A stretch of 64,000 nt of DNA, taken from the NCBI RefSeq assembly GCF_001194135.2, contig NC_068982.1, positions 166,269,378-166,333,377 of the forward strand. The letters run 5' to 3'. This DNA is from Octopus bimaculoides. Taxonomy: Eukaryota. A program made the position numbers and the translations under genes. Position 1 is the first letter of the stretch. Every line of letters starts with the position of its first letter. The notes under the pieces were generated by a model that searched no databases, had not been told where the DNA came from, and saw only the letters and a list, made by a program, of their open reading frames with translations. Shown piece by piece: positions 13,203 to 25,829 of this stretch.

Positions 13203-16106
13203 TGTGTTATTCTAAAATAGTTGTACTATCAAAACCTGTTAAATTGTTTCTGATGGATCAGGGATGAAGTACATATGCGGTACAAGAGTACAAGTTTCCG
13301 CGTTTTGAATGTTCCTTGCGCATGACCCGGAGTTAAAACATATGCTTATTTCTTGGTCATCTTTTATTGCACATCCATTCACACTACGCAGGACTTGAGA
13401 TCAGATCGTAAAAGAACACAACTAAATACTGCTAAACGTTTTAGTTTACATTTTACTTCTGTCATTTCGCCACACCCGTACATGTACCTGTTTTTTTCTT
13501 TTGTTTTTTTTTCTTATCTTTGTCAAAGAAACACAAAAATTAGTAACAGAATTTTATAAAGTGTGTAAGCTTGGCTGAATGAGCACTTGAGTAGAGTCGA
13601 GAATAATTCTAAGATTTAGAATCACGATCTTCCAGTTGCTAATCATGTAGCTCTGTAACTTACATTTCGAATAAAAATATCTTCACGGTAAGTCTACATG
13701 TACAAGCTGTATTAGTTTATATACAGTATACTTTTATATTTAACCATTCTCGAATATATCCCATTACATCAATTTTCTTCCGCACCTGTATCTATCATAA
13801 ATAACTAGTATAATTTACTCTCAGAATTCAGAGGAATTGTGCCAACACCTACGCAGTTTTCACTACTTTCTATCATCTTCCAACATTTTTTTAACTTCGA
13901 TTCTTTCTTCTTTTTTTCTTTCGTACATCCACTACTGGTATTCTTCAAACGTGTTCTCAGCAAAAGTCGTGATGTTTCAGTTGATAACCTGCTAGAAGTT
14001 GAAACTACAACAGGAAACATTAAAAATAAATCAGTTATGAAAATAAAAATAAAGCCGCATATCTACAGTTTATCTGGAATACTATAGCAATGCATTAATT
14101 AAACATATCGACAGATTGAAATTTAGACTTTGTATTTTATTTTATTTGTGCTTGTTGTTTTGTGTCGTTTTTAATAAACACAGGGAACTGTGCAAATATA
14201 ATGGAATTGGAATTAACAATATATTTTCACTCCATCACAGTCAAATCCTAATGGATTGGTATTTAATCATCCTTACTACGTTTGTGATCAATTAAAAGCA
14301 CCAAGAATTTCCTGGCAAGTAGAGACTTTCTTTCCCCGTTCACTTGAGTTACAAATAAGCTTACAAAAAGAGTAGACCTGATTTTCACGCATATCTCATT
14401 CCATTCGCTTAACAGTAGTTCCTTGTACCTAGGCTAAGAAACTACTATTCTTTAATATGTATTTTGTTTCCTTGATTTGTTTTTATTAAACAGTTCAATG
14501 GATTGCAAAGGTCATTGTGTGAGCATCGTAGAATGGCAGTCAGTTTTTGTAGCAAAGGTTCAACTTCTCCTATGATCCATAATCACTTCAGTTACTCTTT
14601 TTATCTGCAATTTTTAATAATCTAGAGGACAAAATGGGCATTTACATTAATGTACCCTCGACACTAACTATTAGGCGTTGGAGGACACGTTTAGCTCTTA
14701 ATTAGATTAGATTGAAATACTCTGAATGACGAATACTCTGTCGTTGAGCGTTGTGACCAATGTTTATGGATAATTGCGTTTTCATTGATGTTATGTTTGT
14801 ATCTCACAGCTCAATCGGTACATTAGTTCATCTGTTGGTTCTGTAACTGTCTGCGGATACTGTCGAAATAGATTCCATTTGTGTCAATATTCGACGTAAA
14901 CTTATCTAACAAACGCATTGCAGCAGTTCTTCGTAAATCTTACATTGAAGTATTTATCGCTGGTGTTACGATAACCGCTGTTGTTGTCAGTTATTAAATA
15001 TATTTAATCCGAATAAATCTTACTTCCAATCGCCCTGGTTTTTATGTAGCTCAGATGGTTCTCGTTTTGATTATTTCAATTCTTGTCAGAAAGACATCAC
15101 AGAGGTTGACATTCCATTAAACTTATATTTCTATTTTCGTATAAACATTAAGCTTATGGCATTTCATTTATAACAACAGTTTAAGTATAACCAAAGATTT
15201 TAAATAGTTAGAAACGGGTAGCAGCTTGTATTTAGTATTAACGTCTATTTTACAAAATTTGATTTACAGTCTTGAATCTGCTTCGTGATGTTCTGGTATT
15301 CATCAAGTCAACGCTTGAGTACATAATGCAGATGACCTGATAAAATTTTATTTGAAGGTGACCGGAGATGTAACGCCACAAATATTTGAGAGAGAGAAGG
15401 GAAGACAGAATTTAATCAATTTAAGCTGTTAGCAAAACAAAGAAACGAATATAGGATTATAACATTAATTCCCCCAAGACTGATCCTATCTAGCCTATAC
15501 TTTTTAAACACTTTAGCTTGATAGTGTCTTTCATTGTTAATTCCTTTGTATTTAAGATGGTGGAATGGCAGAAATAGAGCACTCAACTTAAATCCCTTAC
15601 TAGATTTAGTTCCGTATCTCTACGAGCTGAGATAGTTCAATTTGTTTTTGATTCCTTGAGGATCAATACAATAAATACAGATCATATCCTGTAAATGATA
15701 CAGTACAATTATTTGTTCTTATGCCAATGCCACAAAATCTCTAATTTATTTTGATTAGTAATAATATTAATTCTCTTAAATTAATTTATAGTCAAAGTTA
15801 ATTTAGTATCTATATATTTTTATCGCCGAGATATCGATAGAAATGATAGTCGTACACGTATATAAATTAAAGCCAGGACAATGTTGGGAAAACAACGAAT
15901 TATTCTCTGTTACATATCAATTTCTTTGTCTAAGCGGCAACGGATATGGTTTTTGTGCAACTTGTTTATGAGGCGATGCAAGATACTCTGTTATTTAAAG
16001 TTTGTGATGAGATTGAAAGCACTAGTAGAGCTTCTGATAAGTGTGACATTGGCGTTGGGGGCCTAGTTTCATTAAGAATTGTCCACATTTTAACAATTGA
16101 GCATTT

Positions 16107-16686
16107 GGATCTTTTTTAAAATGGGGGCCACATTTTTCATTAACGAAACACTTTGAAACTTGGAACACTGGTAGAATGTGTCATATAAAACATCTTTTTC
16201 TCTTAGTCTTCTTAAAAAAAAAAGAAATCCATAAATTATTCCATGTTAAAGTTGTCGTATTTCTGTAATTTCAACCAATCACTGACGTCCATTCAGCCGA
16301 TATACATTAAGTGCCGACTACATAAACAAACGATTCTGAAACAATTAACCCTAACCCTAACTCTAACCCTAACCGTAGGGTTAGGGTTAGGGTTAAAGCA
16401 AATTTAAAATGAAAAAAGCAAATAAAACGAAGGTATGGAGATTAAATACGCTTTACATCGCTTAATGAGCCAAAGGAGTAAATGTAAACAACTGAATACT
16501 TGTCAGTGATTGGTTGAAATTATCGAAATAAGACAATTTTTTACATGAAATAAATTCGAATACAAAAATATTTTTCTGTTCTATAACACAAAATAGATAA
16601 GTATACGAAGTTTGAAAGTCTTTCGGTACCAAAAACACTACGTAAAACATTAATGAAAAATGTGGCCCCCGTTTTAAAAAAGATCC
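16107..16686. mobile_element. 580-bp MITE with 37-bp TIRs and 8-bp TSD (Merlin-like)
   Basis: TIR GGATCTTTTTTAAAAYGGGGGCCACATTTTTCATTAA at 16107-16143 and 16650-16686 (36/37 identical). Perfect flanking direct repeat GAGCATTT at 16099-16106 and 16687-16694. 5'-GG termini with an 8-bp TSD fit the Merlin superfamily. Confidence 0.85.
16345..16396. repeat. inverted telomeric-repeat cassette, about 5 CCCTAA-like units then about 3 TTAGGG units
   Basis: ttaaccctaaccctaactctaaccctaaccg tagggttagggttagggttaa, near the middle of the MITE. Confidence 0.9.
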
Positions 16687-18918
16687 GAGCATTTTACTTC
16701 TGCAAGTAATTTATAAAATTTAACCTTTTTTTAGTTGTTGCTCATCCCTCTCATTTTACATGGTTGTGGCCAACTGGTAATTAACTGACTTTCAAAAATT
16801 GTCATTCACTTTAAATGCTGACCATGCGGTTGTTTAACTTCTGTGATTAAACAAGTGTTTCCAAGGCTAGTTGGCTTTATACTAATAAAATGTGTAGATA
16901 ATATTTCTATCAATATGCAATGTTTAGTTACCTTCTACGTTGCAATACTTGATAGAGAAGAGACAGACTAATTACTTCCGAAAAACTCGTTTCATCTGAG
17001 TTTGTGAGGTTTTTACAAGACAGAAAGTAATCATGCTTTTGAATCAGCAAATTTGTTTTTAGCTCAGAACAGTCATTAGTTTATTGTTAAGCCTATTTCT
17101 CCCTGAAGACGCATTTTAAGAAGAATTGTAATGTAACATCACCATTAGACGTATGTTCTTTTTTTTATGATGGCACAGTCGTTAAAGCCTAAGTGTTAAT
17201 AGCCGAACACCACAGCATAGAATCAGGATTTTACTTCATTTTTTTTTCTCTTTTTTCCGAACTTAATCCAGATAAATGACCTTAGAAGTTTTAAAAGGAC
17301 ATCTTAACTACTTCTTGTCGATGATATAGTTACGTTAGAATATTACCTCTATCTCGTGTTTACCGGCTATATAATTATGCTGCTTTGAGTCTGCCAATAC
17401 AAGTCTCGTATCAGAATTTTCCAATATGTTTGAAATTAAAGAAAGCAGTTGATAAATTGGATTTTATTTTCGCCAAGAGACCTCATTTCAGTTTTCTATG
17501 TTCTTATCGGGTTTCTGAAAAAATATCTTTGATGTTTTACAGCTCTGTCTCGCAGAAGCGTTCGGTAATATAGGTATTGTCAGCAATAAATGGTAAGATA
17601 ACTCCGTTATCCAAGTGATTGGTGTGTAAGTTCTTGGGTTTAAACACATACATCATACAATTTAAAGAATCGGTCACTGATAACTCCTGCTTTCTGAAAC
17701 TACTTCTCAAGTTTCATAAAATATTGATTATTGAATTTTTGTTTCACATTTTCATGTCTCGGATTTATTTGGGGCTGAAAATTGAAATTGTGACATTCAA
17801 ATTTCAACTAAAGTGGTTAGTGACTTAAGAGTAAATTATCGTCAACCAGTTGTTCAAACCTAATTGTGAGAAAGTAGATCACAAGGAACATATCTCAATT
17901 TTTTTAAAGCAGTCATCACTGGATTATCAAACATGGCTTTTTTCTTTTAACAGAGCTAACTTTTGTAGGAGACGCGTATATTCGACTGGGCTTGTCACCA
18001 ATATATTTCTGTAGTATTGTAGATAGTTGATATATTGGATAACTGACCGAAAGATTGGAGTTTAAATCTGGTTAAAGGATTAACTCACAAGTTGGATTAA
18101 CATAAACCTTTGTAATTTTAGCGGGTTGTTTAGTTAGATCGATTCACTGTTAAACTGAAAAAAAAAAACACAATTATGAACTATTCCCAAAGTACTTTGC
18201 TGAATTTCTACGTGAAAACTGACAGGATCTTTGGTTGTGCATCAATGACCCAACAGTTACATTACTAAGTAAGCAACGCACATATTACTGGTAATTCACT
18301 TAGTCGTGTATTAGGTGGCGTATTTTAACAAATACTGAAAGAGATGAGATCTGGAGGAAGTAAAAAAATATAACTCTTTATCTACTTGTAAAAACATGTC
18401 CACTGATTACAGCAGGCTTGAGAAGATAGCTTTAGTGTTGAGCTTTAATAAAACCGGAACCTATCCGTAATTGTCCCCCTACTTACTGTGTGTGTGTGTG
18501 TGTGTGTGTTTGTGTGTGCTTAGTCATTAAGTTACCACTAGGTTCTTGTTTTCTTTCTCTAAGACACAAATTTCAATACATTAACACTTTTTTGTGTCTC
18601 TCATTCAATACATTACTGTCTACTTGAATTATCGAAATTCACGTTGGCCAACTTATTTCACTAATTGCAAATGTTTTGTAATTTCATTGTTTATAATTGT
18701 CAATCCTGGAGTACTAAAAGGTAAACGACATCTAGATTTGACTTTGTTCCTCGTCCTTCCGTGAATTAAACTAAATTCTCTTAAAGCATTTCGTCTGGTA
18801 CTTTATTATATCGTTCTACTTGTCTATCAGCCTTAGATACTATGACGTCACGTTTCCTTACAATGGTTACTTACTCACGAACAATGATAAAATCGTTGAA
18901 AGAGGGCTGCGCCTGAAA

Positions 18919-19032
<114 letters not shown>

Positions 19033-20010
19033 GCGTCGCACGAACTTAAGAGCCAACAGGATACCCTCAACGTGGTTGCTCTTCCTGTGAATAAATCGTT
19101 ACCAAATTTCTTTCAAATCATGCTCTTCTATCTTAAGACATATTGATTGGGTAATTGGCGTATACAATTCCTGAAGGAAAAATATGGCATATTCATGGCT
19201 ACAATATTTCTAATCTTAGCTCTGCTCAATCAGGACTGACCTGGGGCTACAGAAAAACACACGAACTTTTCTCATTCCATAGATTTTAATAACTATTTTA
19301 TTTTTGCTGACGCAATCATCACTTTTCCTTGTATTTTTTTATGTATTTTGCAATGTGTCTGCTTTCGTCATTATGTAATACTGTCAAATGGACTGGACGT
19401 CTCTAAAATGTTAGCGCTTAGTACCGCACATACAAATATAAGTACTTGGCTTTCAACTTAAGAAATAATTGCAATTGGTTGTAGAGTATTCGTGACATAG
19501 TAAAAAATGTGAGAGGGAGAGAAAGGGAAATAAACATACAAAACAAGTGAATATATACGCAGGAAATTAATGACGTATTCGGTGTTTTCAGCTGTTTTGT
19601 AGACAGGAAGTTGGTGTCCACAGGTCAGAAATGACGTCGGTCAGAGAGAGAATAGAATTAAGAGGGCGCTGGTTTTTAGTATTTAATGAATGTAATACAT
19701 GAACAGTTTCACTTCCATTCTCACAGTTACTAACACTACAATTGCCAACACTTCTACTACGAGAGTCGCCAACATTTTCTTGCTACTACTACACGATTCT
19801 TCGGAGCAAATCTAGTGTTTTGGAGAGGGTATAGACGAGTTGCCAAGTCTGGTAGTGACAAATAAAATGTTGTTGTCATTCGAGTGACATGTGCTTCAGT
19901 TGTACAATCTACCAGTTGGAGGATATAAATATATATATACACACATATATCTTTAAACTATATAAGGTAAATCAAGTGTCAGAAATAGCTGTAATTGTTA
20001 TATATATATA

Positions 20011-20055
<45 letters not shown>

Positions 20056-20982
20056 NNNNNNNNNNNNNNNNNNNNNNNNNNNNNNNNNNNNNNNNNNNNN
20101 NNNNNNNNNNNNNNNNNNNNNNNNNNNNNNNNNNNNNNNNNNNNNNNNNNNNNNNNNNNNNNNNNNNNNNNNNNNNNNNNNNNNNNNNNNNNNNNNNNNN
20201 NNNNNNNNNNNNNNNNNNNNNNNNNNNNNNNNNNNNNNNNNNNNNNNNNNNNNNNNNNNNNNNNNNNNNNNNNNNNNNNNNNNNNNNNNNNNNNNNNNNN
20301 NNNNNNNNNNNNNNNNNNNNNNNNNNNNNNNNNNNNNNNNNNNNNNNNNNNNNNNNNNNNNNNNNNNNNNNNNNNNNNNNNNNNNNNNNNNNNNNNNNNN
20401 NNNNNNNNNNNNNNNNNNNNNNNNNNNNNNNNNNNNNNNNNNNNNNNNNNNNNNNNNNNNNNNNNNNNNNNNNNNNNNNNNNNNNNNNNNNNNNNNNNNN
20501 NNNNNNNNNNNNNNNNNNNNNNNNNNNNNNNNNNNNNNNNNNNNNNNNNNNNNNNNNNNNNNNNNNNNNNNNNNNNNNNNNNNNNNNNNNNNNNNNNNNN
20601 NNNNNNNNNNNNNNNNNNNNNNNNNNNNNNNNNNNNNNNNNNNNNNNNNNNNNNNNNNNNNNNNNNNNNNNNNNNNNNNNNNNNNNNNNNNNNNNNNNNN
20701 NNNNNNNNNNNNNNNNNNNNNNNNNNNNNNNNNNNNNNNNNNNNNNNNNNNNNNNNNNNNNNNNNNNNNNNNNNNNNNNNNNNNNNNNNNNNNNNNNNNN
20801 NNNNNNNNNNNNNNNNNNNNNNNNNNNNNNNNNNNNNNNNNNNNNNNNNNNNNNNNNNNNNNNNNNNNNNNNNNNNNNNNNNNNNNNNNNNNNNNNNNNN
20901 NNNNNNNNNNNNNNNNNNNNNNNNNNNNNNNNNNNNNNNNNNNNNNNNNNNNNNNNNNNNNNNNNNNNNNNNNNNNNNNNNN
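20056..20982. other. largest assembly gap (others: 1901-1983, 6874-6883, 21423-21522, 30198-30785, 34583-34991, 57641-57729, 59473-59661)
   Basis: N runs, mostly flanked by microsatellites. The long X-containing ORFs in the ORF track are artefacts of these gaps. Confidence 0.99.
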
Positions 20983-21045
<63 letters not shown>

Positions 21046-21522
21046 TGTAGTATTACACTCTGCACACCTGTAATGCATTCCTCCTAGTGTTCCTCTTAAT
21101 TACGTGAGCCGTAATTGACTAAAACTCAGTCATGAAGTATATGGCATAGTGTCAGGCAGGCGCTACTATTGGAAGCTATTCACCTTCACTGACCTGTCAT
21201 ATTCACTAGCTACATTCATTCATTTATTCACTTATATATTTACCCACTTATATACACTAGTCTTTCTCTTTTTTTATATTAAACAAAACCAGAATGACAA
21301 ATACACATTCACTTTCACATACGTGCATAAATACATAGCATAGACAATCTTCCACATGTATTCATGTTTTCAAACATCCCCACATACATTTTCCATTATA
21401 CATTTATACATACGTGCTTTTGNNNNNNNNNNNNNNNNNNNNNNNNNNNNNNNNNNNNNNNNNNNNNNNNNNNNNNNNNNNNNNNNNNNNNNNNNNNNNN
21501 NNNNNNNNNNNNNNNNNNNNNN

Positions 21523-22000
21523 AGAGAAAGAGCCGGTTTCTAACCTAGATCCAAGGTTCCTTCATTAGAATTGTTCCAGTGATGGAGTGGATCTGTAGTC
21601 TTCGAATTAGCTTTATGATTTTGAGAAGCCTAATTTCTAAGATCGGTTTTTAGGCAGTGTGTTATATATCAGGGTCCCAATAGTTACAGGTATAAACCTG
21701 AACTTGTAATCTGGATAGCGTAACTGCAGATTTCTCAATAGTTCAGCATAGGTGTTCTCTTTTTCACTGATCTTCAGCTTTGTTAACAACCGCTGGGCAG
21801 CTAATTTCTACAACTGAACACAGTTTTTCTTCCTTATCCCAAATCATTATATCAGTTCTGTTGTGCTTACATTTTATTGAGGTCTTCGCTGGTACATTCC
21901 ACCAGTATTCCTTTTTATTATGAGTGGCTATGGCTTCTACTATATTGTGAATTCTTATTTCTTTGTCCTCGGGATTATCCTTCCGACGGATTTCAGCATG
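21523..22000 (-). mobile_element. 3' end of an RLE-type non-LTR retrotransposon (R4/Dong-like), restriction-like endonuclease domain
   Basis: YWWNVPAKTSIKCKHNRTDIMIWDKEEKLCSVVEISCP followed by EKENTYAELLRNLQLRYPDYKFRFIPVTIGTL is the PD-(D/E)xK RLE pattern with a terminal PxxIGxL motif. Confidence 0.8.
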
Positions 22001-22888
22001 TATGTATGCATGCATGTAATTTCGTTAAGTTCAGCCAACCATTCTTAAGGTGTACAGCCGAAACTATATTTAATGAACTGAAATTCATACAATTAACCAG
22101 ATATTATTAGTGTTCGCGAAAAATACAACGAAAAAGTGCAAGGTAAGGAATTCCAGAAATAGCACGAAATTTCGTTGAAGATATACAAATGGAAGGAGTT
22201 TGATCTTTGGCAAATATGATGGTAACTTTAGATATGTTTCAGTTTTGTTAGACTTCCTCAGCGAAGCAAATTTCACTCAAAGCTGCCAAGACCACACCAA
22301 TTTTCCATCTACATATCAATTTTTTGTCAAGTAGTTCTTTCCGTAATGCCTTTTAAGATGATTTTCCATTAACGCTAATGGCATTTCTTATTACGGTTAT
22401 TTTATTTGATTAAAAATTATTTTCAGCTCATCTCTTTAAATATGATAGTTTGCACTTAACTGTATATTCTTCATGCAGAAGGCACCCTCAGAAAATTTTC
22501 AGAAATAAAAAGATAGATACATAGACAAAAGTATCGCTCGGAAGGCATCAGAAAGTAACGGCTATATGATGTAAGCTGTGGAGCTTTACCCTCTTTTGTT
22601 TAGCCAATAAACTTTGTTCCACATCATCGCGTATTCTGTCAAACAAAATCAAATTACCCCACTACACCATCACCACAATATCCTGTTGCCGCAAATTGAC
22701 CGAAAAAAATTGTTTTAATTCGGTTAGGCTCTATCAAGCTAGTCAAAACAATTTTTACAAACACACACACACACACACAAATACACACATGCGCGCGCGC
22801 GCGTATGTGTTAAAAGTTGTGTGTTTTGCGGATGGAGAATCATCTACAACATATACTTGTGTGTGTTTAACAGGGTACATCATAAAAA

Positions 22889-23217
22889 GTGAGGGCGCGT
22901 GGCTTAGTGGTTAAGGCATTCGGCTCTCGATCGTAAGGTCATGAGTGCGATTCCCGGCGACGCGTTGTGTCCTTGAGCAAGACACTTTATTTCACCTTGC
23001 TTCAGTCCACTCAGGTAGCAAAAATGAGCAGTACCCGTATTTCAGAGGGCTAGCCTTGTCACGCTATGTGTCACGCTGAGTCTCTCTGAGAACTACGTTA
23101 GGGTTACACGTGTCTGTGGATTGCTCAGTCACTTGCACGTTAATTTCATGAGCAGGCTGTTCCGTTGATCGTATCAGCTGGGACTCTCGTCGTCGTAACC
23201 GACGAAGTGCTCCTTCC
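22889..23217 (+). mobile_element. tRNA-derived CORE-type SINE with 13-bp TSD
   Basis: A box tggcttagtgg and B-box-like gagtgcgattcc. CORE-like gttgtgtccttgagcaagacacttt...aaaaatgag. TSD TACATCATAAAAA at 22876-22888 and 23218-23230. Confidence 0.9.
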
Positions 23218-23834
23218 TACATCATAAAAACCTCTTAGCGACATAACTCGCATCAAAAGTGCTAAACAAATGTTTATATACTGTATTTTAACGTTTACAA
23301 GGAACCCTTTTTGTCAAAAATTAGGTTAAAAAAATAAGGGAGTTTCATTATACATGGATAGTACTATAATCCCTTACAAAACCTTTTTTTTTTCCAAATT
23401 TTAAGCCGCGAAAATTAGCGGGGTTCCTTATACACGTTAAAATACGGTAAATTATGAATTATTTGGTTTTGAGACATTATCTATACAGTGAAACAGAAAA
23501 TAAGCCACAAATATACGACATAAATATGCTTGATCGTACTTATTGGCAAGCTTTTTAGTACAGAACTTTGTTTTGACAACTGTATCAGTCATCGACCGAT
23601 GTACAAAGCACAGAAACCTCTGTGACCAGTGTGTCTGTGTATATGTTGTTCTCCGTTGACTTCGACAATAAGGATTCAGTTGTACAATCAACTAAATTAC
23701 TTCTAAGTTAACGTGAAAGTGGCTGAACATTCTACAGATGGATAGATATACTCTTAACGTTATTTTCAGGCACTATCAGTGTGACACAAAAACAAGTCTG
23801 TATGCTTTTAATTAAAGGTGCAATCTGTCTGGCG

Positions 23835-23975
23835 AGCCTTTATAGCTTCCCTCTACCCAGTGTCACACAGAAGACCCAAGGCTATAAATATTTAACCACG
23901 ATGTTCTTAGTGAGGTCGAACCGTGACCTCTGGTTGTGAATCGACCTCCTTAAAAAGTCAACCATATTTTGCCCG
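23835..23975 (-). mobile_element. degenerate tRNA/CORE SINE head (family Y)
   Basis: The reverse strand has a tRNA-like head with ggttcgacctc and a cttgggtcttct CORE remnant, similar to 40840-40975. Confidence 0.45.
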
Positions 23976-25499
23976 CGCGCACACACACACACACATATAT
24001 ATAGTTGCTAAAATGAAGAAACACGTAAAAATAGAATCAAGCGACACCTTGAAATAAATGCATATATTTTAAACTTTCACCAGGCACAAACGTTTTTCTT
24101 CCCAGAAGTCATGCGTTCATAAAAGCATGAGCACGTGTGGTTTCATCGGTGAGATAATAATGAGTCATACGAGGATGTTAATGCTTATATACCGTGGTGT
24201 AGAAAGGGATGATATATGAATACAGTCAAAACATCATCAACGCAAATATCCTAGAAACACGATCGTTTCCAGAGAAGATATAGAATATATTATGCAATTA
24301 TTTCCAATAAGTAGCTTTGTCTCTTCGGTTTAGTTGTACTTGTGTATCATATTATTGCTGTAAACTGGATCTTTTTCTCATTGTTTCAGCACTCTGCAAA
24401 AGAAATAATTTCATTATATTTGCGAGGCTTTTATTCATATCCGTGTGTTGCACACATATATTGCAAATATAGTTCTTTTGCAAAATGTATAAACACAACA
24501 TCTACTAGGAGTTGAACCATGCTGTCGTGGCTGACGAGTCAAGCACCCTAACGATTAAAGAGATACTATTAGTTGAAAATGATCTCAGATTGGCCCATCC
24601 GTCTAGTTCTCAACAGGTGTCAAAAGTAAGCACCATCCACCATTGTGATAAAATGAGTAGAACTGTGTAATTTGCGAGTTGTGTTTTTTTAATTTTTTAA
24701 GCTAGCAATATTGAGTGATGTTACACAAAGGCATGCCTCACTCGTTCTCGAACCTGCTACTAACATCTTTGGGTCAAGGGAAGGGTAGAGAATCATAAAC
24801 ATGTGACTCCCAATTCTCCTCTTCTTCCTTCTGGCATCAATGAAATAAATTATTTACTAATGGATAGCATTGGTAACATATTGTCGTAGTGAAACACTTC
24901 ATCTTCGACTCCATATTTCAACTCTGTGTGAAACAAACACGTCAGTTTATTATTTATTTAGTTTTATAGCATATATAGCAATTAAGGTTACAGCTTAATT
25001 TGCAAATGCATGGTTAGTTTGTGAAACGCTGCGAACAATTAAATGATACGTTAATATACAAACATAATTTAATACTGCTGTGAAGAATATTTTAGATTTT
25101 TTTTTTTTTTATATAAGTCGAAGAGAAACTATTGATGAAAATGACAGTTTCGATAGCGTGCATATTCGAAAAACAGTTTTAATGTTGATTCGTATCTTGT
25201 TACCAAGTCTTACGATGTTAGTATTAATGTGTCAAGTACTCTGAGTTCGAAGTAGTTTTTGTTTAATTTGATTGAGGAGAATTGAATTTTATGTATGTGT
25301 GTTAACCTTGCTCATGTTTTGGTGGTGTTTATGTTGTGTTCTCTGTCCCGTAATTTAGAGGTTCGACAAATATTTCGATAAAATAAATACCAGACTGAAA
25401 TATCTACAATGTCGATATGACTGACCAATCCTTTGAAGGTTGGTGCCTTGGAATAGCCTCGATCCGATGACTGAAACTAAATTATATATATATACATTC

Positions 25500-25640
25500 A
25501 AGTGCGTGGCCAAGTAATTTGGGAGTTGAGCAAGCAATTTTTAGGTTGGGAGATCGATTCCTAGACTGGGTGGTGCGTTGTAATCTTGAGCACGGAACGC
25601 CTATACATTTAACTGAAAAATACCAACAGAGAGCTGGTGC
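25500..25640 (+). mobile_element. degenerate tRNA-derived SINE head
   Basis: gcgtggccaagtaa...gatcgattcctagac...gcgttgtaatcttgagca resembles the heads and CORE start of the 22889 and 32971 SINEs. Confidence 0.45.
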
Positions 25641-25643
25641 ATC

Positions 25644-25730
<87 letters not shown>

Positions 25731-25829
25731 CAGCAGTTGCTTACCTGGTTCTCCGCTGGGTCAAAGATACTCGAGACAGTATATGTCTGCTCGCAATTAC
25801 ATAGGCACCGGAAACAATTAGAGGTAGCA

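Noticed and set aside
13805-14087. Overlapping ORFs on both strands with exon-like borders (a minus frame faintly recalls the DNAJC25 C-terminus)
   Set aside because: The DNAJC25-like frame has three stops and the other frames match nothing I recognise. It cannot be supported without a search.
16345-16396. Interpretation as an ancestral chromosome end-to-end fusion site
   Set aside because: The orientation is (CCCTAA)-(TTAGGG), not (TTAGGG)-(CCCTAA), and the cassette lies inside a TIR/TSD-bounded element.
19375-19390. TAATACTGTCA, the first 11 nt of miR-8/miR-200
   Set aside because: The rest of the mature sequence and a complementary 5p arm are absent.
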